Positions 57,799 through 64,000 of a stretch of DNA of 64,000 nucleotides are shown here, piece by piece. The stretch lies in assembly GCA_963768055.1 (NCBI GenBank), contig CAVYGN010000001.1, positions 1,056,001-1,120,000 of the forward strand, in the 5' to 3' direction. Made by a program: the position numbers and the translations under genes. Positions within the stretch are counted from its first letter, which is position 1; each line of letters starts with the position of its first letter. This stretch comes from an uncultured Spirochaetota bacterium (GTDB taxonomy: Bacteria; Spirochaetota; Brevinematia; Brevinematales; JAOACQ01). Under the pieces are notes generated by a model, which saw nothing but the letters and a program-made list of their open reading frames with translations, searched no databases and was not told where the DNA came from.

Positions 57799-59365
57799 TC
57801 CCCATTTCAAGAAAATGTATAGAGGCTTTCAACTCCTCCCTGTCAGAAACCTTTTCATTAAACGCCTTAACAAAAGCGTTTCGAAGAGAGGTTTCCTTCG
57901 AGATCATTTCTTCCAGTATGGCCGCATAATCCGGGAGTTCGCTTATGATAGTTTTACAAGCTGTTTCAAGCCTGGCCGCTTGTGTGAGAATGGCATAAGA
58001 ACTGGTTTCGGCTATTCCGCAGAGAAGGGGAAGCATTTCATTTTCAAGGATAACTCCACCACCGATTATGAAATCGGCAGGACTGCCCGTTCCAGACAGA
58101 TTAATTATCGTGGATGTCTTTATTATTCCAGTATCATTTTGGATAGCTGCAAAGGGGACTATTGAATACATAGAAGGCGAGGCTATGCTTCGGATTACCT
58201 GACTTATTATATTTAAAGAATTGAGGCAACCTATAGCTGTCTGGTAGGCTTTCCTGAAAATCTCCGGCGAAGCAGCCACGCCCATTTCCAGGGCGAGACC
58301 GTTAAACCTTTTCAATGGGATTACACTTTCTTTTAACGGGATTGCAATGTCCGAAAGGTCTTTAAGCGGGAAAAAGGGCTTAAACAGAGAGCATTCCATA
58401 AGTATAAGAGTTATTTTAAATTTTGAAAGGCCCTGCATCGGCCCTGAAATAGCCCTTTTCATTATATCGGGCGATGTTACAAGGCTTCCGGAAATCTCAT
58501 TTTCCACATCGCTTTTCCATTTATCGATCCAGATCCTCTTATTCGCTTTTATTTTATGATCCGGAGTCGTTTCGACGCTTTCTTCTGAAAGAGCGTAATA
58601 GAGACTGAACAGGAACCTGGCTTCTTCTTTATCGAGTCTGAATTGAGAGAAAATGGAATTTTCGGCCGCCGGTTTGAACAGGAAATCTCCGTTTGCCGAA
58701 TGAAGAGAAAGTTTTTCTGCGGCAGCGGCGGCAAAAAGCCCGGACCTTAATCCGGCCAGAAAAATAAACAGGAATAAAAAAGACAGTATTATGCCTGCGA
58801 TCTTCAGCAAAATCAATCCGCCAGGAGCGAATATTGAAATAAAAAAAATGACCGGGACTAAAAGCCCGGACAGGATTGTGAAGACGGATAAACACCTTTT
58901 TTCTTCAGCCGCAGGGGCCTGTTTGATATTGTAGAGTTCCAGACCTATGAGCCCGCCGACCCCCATGATGACGCCGCATTTCAGGCGGCCCGGTGCAAAA
59001 ACTTTTAAAAGAATATAAGGGAGGGGGCCGATGAAAAGCGTACCGACTGAAAGCCATGAAGCGGATACAGCCGACGCGATGGAAAAAAGGTCGCCGGCCC
59101 TGGAAAGGGAATCCATCGTGTTCATTGTTTTAAAAACAGTATTAAGGGAAATTTTTTTTAAAGACGGGTATTTTTCAGTAATGCTTATTATAGTCCTTTT
59201 CAGGTCGCTAAGCGTGATATCCGCGTTAAAATCCCTTCCGGAAAGGTTCCTGATTTCCGTTATCATTTCCATAAAAAACATACGGAATTCGAGGGACAGC
59301 GGATCATTCATCCAGAAAGCCCTGCGGATAAATTTGCCAAGTATTCTACCGGCTTTAAAGGGCAT
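57764..59365 (-). CDS. Hypothetical membrane protein
   Basis: 533-aa ORF with several hydrophobic segments; no motif recognised. Confidence 0.6.
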   Translation of the reverse strand: MPFKAGRILGKFIRRAFWMNDPLSLEFRMFFMEMITEIRNLSGRDFNADITLSDLKRTIISITEKYPSLKKISLNTVFKTMNTMDSLSRAGDLFSIASAVSASWLSVGTLFIGPLPYILLKVFAPGRLKCGVIMGVGGLIGLELYNIKQAPAAEEKRCLSVFTILSGLLVPVIFFISIFAPGGLILLKIAGIILSFLFLFIFLAGLRSGLFAAAAAEKLSLHSANGDFLFKPAAENSIFSQFRLDKEEARFLFSLYYALSEESVETTPDHKIKANKRIWIDKWKSDVENEISGSLVTSPDIMKRAISGPMQGLSKFKITLILMECSLFKPFFPLKDLSDIAIPLKESVIPLKRFNGLALEMGVAASPEIFRKAYQTAIGCLNSLNIISQVIRSIASPSMYSIVPFAAIQNDTGIIKTSTIINLSGTGSPADFIIGGGVILENEMLPLLCGIAETSSYAILTQAARLETACKTIISELPDYAAILEEMISKETSLRNAFVKAFNEKVSDREELKASIHFLEMGIKRLRETLKHP

Positions 59366-59368
59366 AAT

Positions 59369-59737
59369 TCAACTCCCGCGGAAGCATACCGCTTCTACCT
59401 CGATCAGAGAGCCCTTGGGGAGCCCTTTTACTTCCACGGTTGTCCTTACAGGTTTATGAGCCCCGAAAAATTTGGAATAGATTTCATTCAATTCATTGAA
59501 ATTTCCCATATCCGTTAAATAAATTACAATCTTAATTATGTCCTGCAGTGAAAACGAACAATCTTCGACAATGTTTTTAATATTTTTAAGGGCTGTTTCA
59601 GCTTGAGAAGCTAATGTATCGCCCGCGCCGATCTGTCCGGATAAAAATAAAAAACCGTTGCCAGTCCTTACGGCAGTGGAATAAGGGCCTGCAGCCGCAG
59701 GGGCGGACGCCGGGTTCAGGTATTCGTTCATTAACAT
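59369..59737 (-). CDS. ridA: RidA/YjgF reactive-intermediate deaminase
   Basis: APAA-GPYS, SGQI, N-IY--FF, P-R, LPKG-LIEVE. Confidence 0.92.
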   Translation of the reverse strand: MLMNEYLNPASAPAAAGPYSTAVRTGNGFLFLSGQIGAGDTLASQAETALKNIKNIVEDCSFSLQDIIKIVIYLTDMGNFNELNEIYSKFFGAHKPVRTTVEVKGLPKGSLIEVEAVCFRGS

Positions 59738-59863
59738 ATCCTCCCGGCTAATTTTACAGGACTGTTTTTAAAAAGTCAACGGGCCGGCGAAATTAGACAC
59801 CCGGAGAAATAAGCGTCACTGCAAGAATCACTGTAAGTTTTGAACTTGAATGACACCTCTTTT

Positions 59864-59892
59864 TTGACAGTTAAACCGGATCATAGTATAAT
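59864..59892 (+). promoter_or_regulatory. Consensus sigma70 promoter of tRNA-Glu
   Basis: TTGACA-N17-TATAAT. Confidence 0.85.
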
Positions 59893-59918
59893 ATTTTCCC
59901 TTAAGCGGGCTCTAATGT

Positions 59919-59990
59919 GCCCCCTTCGTCTAGTGGTTAGGACACAGGGTTTTCAACCCTGCAGCGGGGGTTCGATTCCCCCAGGGGGTA
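59919..59990 (+). tRNA. tRNA-Glu(TTC)
   Basis: GCCCCCTTCGTCTAGTGG...CAGGG-TT-TTC-AA-CCCTG...GGTTCGATTCCC; CCA not encoded. Confidence 0.95.
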
Positions 59991-60119
59991 ATTTGTTTAT
60001 TAATATATAGATATCTGTTTTATAATTTAACAATCACTTTATTTCCCTTTCCATTAAAATTTAATAATGTCAGTAATTAAAAACCTGCAATTATTAAAGT
60101 TGGCTTTAAGGGGAAGAAA

Positions 60120-61474
60120 ATGTTATTGAAAACCTTTTTTTCACAGCTTTATATCTATGCGTCTGTGTTTCGGTTTATCCCGAGGAACTGTCTTCAAAGC
60201 GTGAAAAGGTCCTGATCCTGCCGTTTCAAAACGAATCTGACACTAAACAGTATGTAAATTCCGGGGTTTTCAGGGAAATTTTTTCAAGATCGTTTTATTC
60301 CTATATAAGTATCCTTCCTGTTATAGACGTCCCCGATTACGGGAAGAATAATAATGTTTTGATTTCACCCTCGAATATCCAGGCCTTCTCCGAAAAGGAA
60401 AAGGCAAAGATTGTGATTTACGGGGACTACCGGTTATCAGGCGAAAGATTACACCCGGTAATAACGATGGATCTGACTGCGTATGACAGCATCGGCCGTA
60501 CAAATATTTTCAATAAAACTTACAAAACGACAACCGGGATTGAGATCTTTGACGATATCGACAATATGATCTCCGAAGTCCTGAAAGGTGCCATGAACAT
60601 TGATATGAAAAACATCGCCGCTATTCACTTCATGGATTTCAGGATCGCCAATGAAAATTATATGCTTTACATTAACGACCGCCTTATAGCCTCCCCCTCC
60701 AATACGAATTTTTCACTTATCCTAAAAATCATACCGGAAAAGAATTATTCGATAGTACTCAAACAGGCTGACGGGGACAGGACGGTCCTGAAAACGGATG
60801 TAAGGCTGCCGCAGAACGGATCGACCAATATCGGCTATGCAGGTTCAGGCAACGTGAGTATCGGAGGGATCGCCTTTAAAGACCGGCTGAAGACATACAG
60901 CCTCTACTTCGATAACGGCCGGGTTTCAGAGAACAGCTTTATTTCGAATATTCCAACGGATTTTAACCATGAGCTGGTCATCGTGGCGGATTCTAAATAT
61001 ACAAATTATTATACGAATTTCAATCTTTACGACAGCAAGACTGCGCAGGTCAATGCTTCGGCCGTGGCATACGGAAGCCTGCATGCAGAAGTTATCGGCC
61101 CCGATTTCAATATTGCCAGCCTTATTATACAATATTTTCCTTTCGGCCGTTATTTCTGCATCGGGGCAGGGGCAGGTTTTTGCGATTCCGCACTTGCAGT
61201 GCCGGGCACATCTTTTTTATACGTTTCTCCGCTTGTTGATCTGGAATACTACCTGATCGGCGATATGTCGTACGATTTCAGGGCAAGTTTTGGTTTAATC
61301 GGCAGGTATGATATAGCCGTCAATGGGCCAGGGCTGGCTCTTCCGGTCGACGTCGGTGCTTTTATCAGCATTGACTATTTGTTCTTTACGATCCGCCCGG
61401 AGTGTTATGTTTACAGGGATGACAGCGGAAATTACAATTTCCTTTTTACAGCCGCCGCCGGAATCCATTTTTAA
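60120..61474 (+). pseudogene. Exported/outer-membrane protein with a frameshift in the signal peptide (T7 run)
   Basis: RBS + ATG 60120 is out of frame with the long ORF; main frame has KVLILPFQN and ends in terminal Phe (GIHF). Confidence 0.6.
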
Positions 61475-61489
61475 AGATAGGGGGAAAAT

Positions 61490-62107
61490 ATGTTTTTTAA
61501 AATTGTAAATAATTCCATGCGAACCGTCCTGTTGTTATCGGTATTTGCACTTTTTTCCTGCCAGGTATTCGCCCCCCCGGGGGATTACGATAATCTGAAA
61601 ACCTACGCGAGCAGCTCGTCAGGAAACAGTGGCGGAGGTGGGGATGGAGGCGGCGGAGGCGGGGTCCCGGGCAATATGATTCAAAATGGTGATTTCTCCA
61701 TGGGTACAACCTATTGGGCCTCATATGGAATGAACGGAGGAGCTTTGTCTATTTCAGCTTTAGGCGGTTCTCTGCAAATTTTAATTAGCTCATTAGGAAT
61801 TGATGTATCCGATCTGCAGGTAAGCCAGGGGACTCCTGGATTCCCGCTTGTAAATGGGAGCAGTTATACTTTGACATTCGATGCCTGGGCAAACGATATT
61901 CGACTTTTAGACGTATCTGTATGGGAAAATGGTCATCCTACATATGGGTCATATGCATATGGTTCATATTCTATAACGCCGATCAGGCAGACATTTACTC
62001 TTTCTTTTGTTATGAGTGGTAATAACTCGGAATCCGGCCTTTGTTTCTTTTGCGGTGCAAGTACAATTACTATTTATATAGCTAATGTTTCACTGGTAAA
62101 AAATTAA
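61490..62107 (+). CDS. Lipoprotein with Gly/Ser linker and CBM4/9-like carbohydrate-binding domain
   Basis: Lipobox LFS-C; poly-G linker; NMIQNGDFS-G---W, YTLTFDA, IYIANVSL. Confidence 0.75.
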   Translation: MFFKIVNNSMRTVLLLSVFALFSCQVFAPPGDYDNLKTYASSSSGNSGGGGDGGGGGGVPGNMIQNGDFSMGTTYWASYGMNGGALSISALGGSLQILISSLGIDVSDLQVSQGTPGFPLVNGSSYTLTFDAWANDIRLLDVSVWENGHPTYGSYAYGSYSITPIRQTFTLSFVMSGNNSESGLCFFCGASTITIYIANVSLVKN

Positions 62108-62377
62108 TATCAGCCATACACAAATAAGAAAAGATATAAAACAGGCTAAGCATAAAAGATTCATTGTTTAAAACCTTAATCCAATAAATTATCCGAATTA
62201 AATTTTTTAAAAGCCCGGTAATCCGGGGCCTAAATCATTACATATCAAAGAAAATGGGCGATATAAACAATCATCCAACAATATGGCGTTTAATGCAAAT
62301 GTTGATCCCGGTCCCGATTTGTCAATTGACCGGGATTGTTGTATCTTAATAATTACGACTTGTAAAGGAGGCATAAA

Positions 62378-62701
62378 ATGATACTTGTGACCTCTGCAGC
62401 GGGAAAATCGGGAAAGGCGGTTATCCGCAGCCTGTCTATTAAAAACGAGGAAATCAGGGCGCTTGTTCACAGAAAGGAATACGAAGGCGCTGTAAAGGAG
62501 GCCGGGGTAATGGAAATTGCCGTCGGGGATATGATGGACATGGATTTTATGAACGAAGCTTCTAAAGGCGTCAAGGCTATTTATCACATAGGCCCTTCGG
62601 CAAGCCCCAATATGGTTTGTAAGCGCGGTTCTGATCGTTTTCGTGCTGGCCCGGAAGCCGCGAATATGGCCGCTGCCGAGGCTCTTCGCCAATACGAATA
62701 A
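62378..62701 (+). pseudogene. Truncated NmrA-like NAD(P)-binding protein
   Basis: AAGGAGG RBS; ILVT-AAGKSG, RALV, GD Rossmann start; stops at 107 aa. Confidence 0.6.
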
Positions 62702-62828
62702 AATTCTGGAAAATAGCAATAAAATTGATTATATTTCGTCATTATATATTGAAAATTAATTTGTTATTCTCCGATTTTCGGTGTATTATTATATCAGAAA
62801 ATTATTCGATATCGATAAGGGAGGCAAA

Positions 62829-63521
62829 ATGAATATCATCGAATTGGAAGGCGTAAAGAAGGATTATCCTCTGGGGAATACGACCGTCCACGCGGTCAGA
62901 GGGGTGGACCTATGCGTCGAAGAGGGTGATTTTTTCTCGATAGTCGGCCCGTCGGGAAGCGGTAAAACGACCCTTTTAAACATCATAGGATGCATAGATA
63001 ATGCCACAGCGGGCAGCATAAAAATCCATGGCGAAGAGATAACCAGCATGAGCGATAAAGAGCTGACCGATTTAAGGCTTTACAAGATAGGGTTCATTTT
63101 TCAGACCTTTAACCTCATTCCCGTCCTCGATGTATTGGAAAACGTCGAGTTTCCCCTTCTGCTGATGAGAAAATTCTCCAGGGGAGAGATCAGGAAGAAA
63201 ACGGATAAATTTATCGACGAGGTGGGCCTTAAGGAATTCGTGAAGCACAGGCCTGCCGAATTGTCCGGGGGACAGAGGCAGAGAGTGGCCATAGCGAGGG
63301 CGCTGGTGACCAACCCGGACATAGTGCTTGCAGACGAACCTACGGCAAACCTCGATTCGGAAACAGGGGCTACTATCCTTGAACTTATGCAGGAACTCAA
63401 TAAAATTGAGAAAACGACTTTCATATTTTCCACTCACGACCCCGACGTATTGAAATACGCGAAGGATGTAGTAAAGATCAAGGACGGCCAGATAATTTCA
63501 AGGGAAACTCTTAACCATTAA
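62829..63521 (+). CDS. ABC transporter ATP-binding protein (LolD/MacB type)
   Basis: [35 protein letters not shown]. Confidence 0.95.
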   Translation: MNIIELEGVKKDYPLGNTTVHAVRGVDLCVEEGDFFSIVGPSGSGKTTLLNIIGCIDNATAGSIKIHGEEITSMSDKELTDLRLYKIGFIFQTFNLIPVLDVLENVEFPLLLMRKFSRGEIRKKTDKFIDEVGLKEFVKHRPAELSGGQRQRVAIARALVTNPDIVLADEPTANLDSETGATILELMQELNKIEKTTFIFSTHDPDVLKYAKDVVKIKDGQIISRETLNH

Positions 63522-63532
63522 AGGGGGAATAT

Positions 63533-64000
63533 ATGAACCTTATTTTAAAGATAGCTGCTCGGAACATCCTCCGGCACAAGGGTAAGAGCCTCGTCATCGG
63601 AATAATTTTATTCCTGGGTTCGCTGTTGATGACCCTGGGCAGCGCCGTAGTCACAGGAATGGAAAAAGGGCTTCATGAAAATATAGTAGAACGTTTTTCG
63701 GGGGATTATGTTATTATCTCGACAAACCAGAAGAACGAAGCGGTTATCGCCGGCGGGGGGCTCGAGCCCACCGAATCAATAGCCGGATATACCAATATCG
63801 ACAGGACTTTAAAAAACCTGCCGTATATAGAAAGTTATATTCCCCTATGCCGGGGCAACACCATGGTGCTTAACGACAAGGGTGACATGGGGTATACGGC
63901 CCTGCTCGGGGTTGATATCGATAAGTACCAGAAAATGTTTCATAGCAACATAGAAGCGGTAGAGGGAAAACTGCTCTCTGACGGGATGAAGGGGTGTCTG
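63533..64000 (+). CDS. ABC transporter permease (FtsX/LolE type), N-terminal part (runs off window end)
   Basis: Manual translation MNLILKIAARNILRHKGKSLVIGIILFLGSLLM...LLGVD; follows the ATPase. Confidence 0.85.
   Translation, partial: MNLILKIAARNILRHKGKSLVIGIILFLGSLLMTLGSAVVTGMEKGLHENIVERFSGDYVIISTNQKNEAVIAGGGLEPTESIAGYTNIDRTLKNLPYIESYIPLCRGNTMVLNDKGDMGYTALLGVDIDKYQKMFHSNIEAVEGKLLSDGMKGCL

Noticed and set aside
59991..62701. Genomic island integrated at tRNA-Glu
   Set aside because: Genes look accessory, but there is no integrase or direct repeat of the tRNA end within the window.

Overview
A 64-kb bacterial chromosomal segment of mostly housekeeping genes (dnaA, ribD, folP, birA, galE, aroB, ndk, mfd, ileS, xerD, uvrB, four tRNAs). 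Gene content suggests a spirochaete-like organism, but this is inference only. Accessory features: (i) a DNA-damage cluster of umuD-SRAP-umuC, with umuC frameshifted inside a perfect hairpin, divergent from a WYL regulator, a palindromic operator and a lipoprotein GyrI-like gene; (ii) a three-copy, ~110-bp MITE family, one copy inserted in frame in a membrane glycosyltransferase and one carrying a nested 39-bp insert; (iii) an AT-rich Septu-like ATPase + HNH nuclease pair enclosed by inverted short-tandem-repeat arms with no recombinase, plus 'empty' or single arms of similar architecture elsewhere; (iv) several frameshifted or internally deleted genes, which may be real or assembly errors. 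No CRISPR array, rRNA, prophage or intact transposase was seen. All calls come from reading motifs by eye; no database searches were run.
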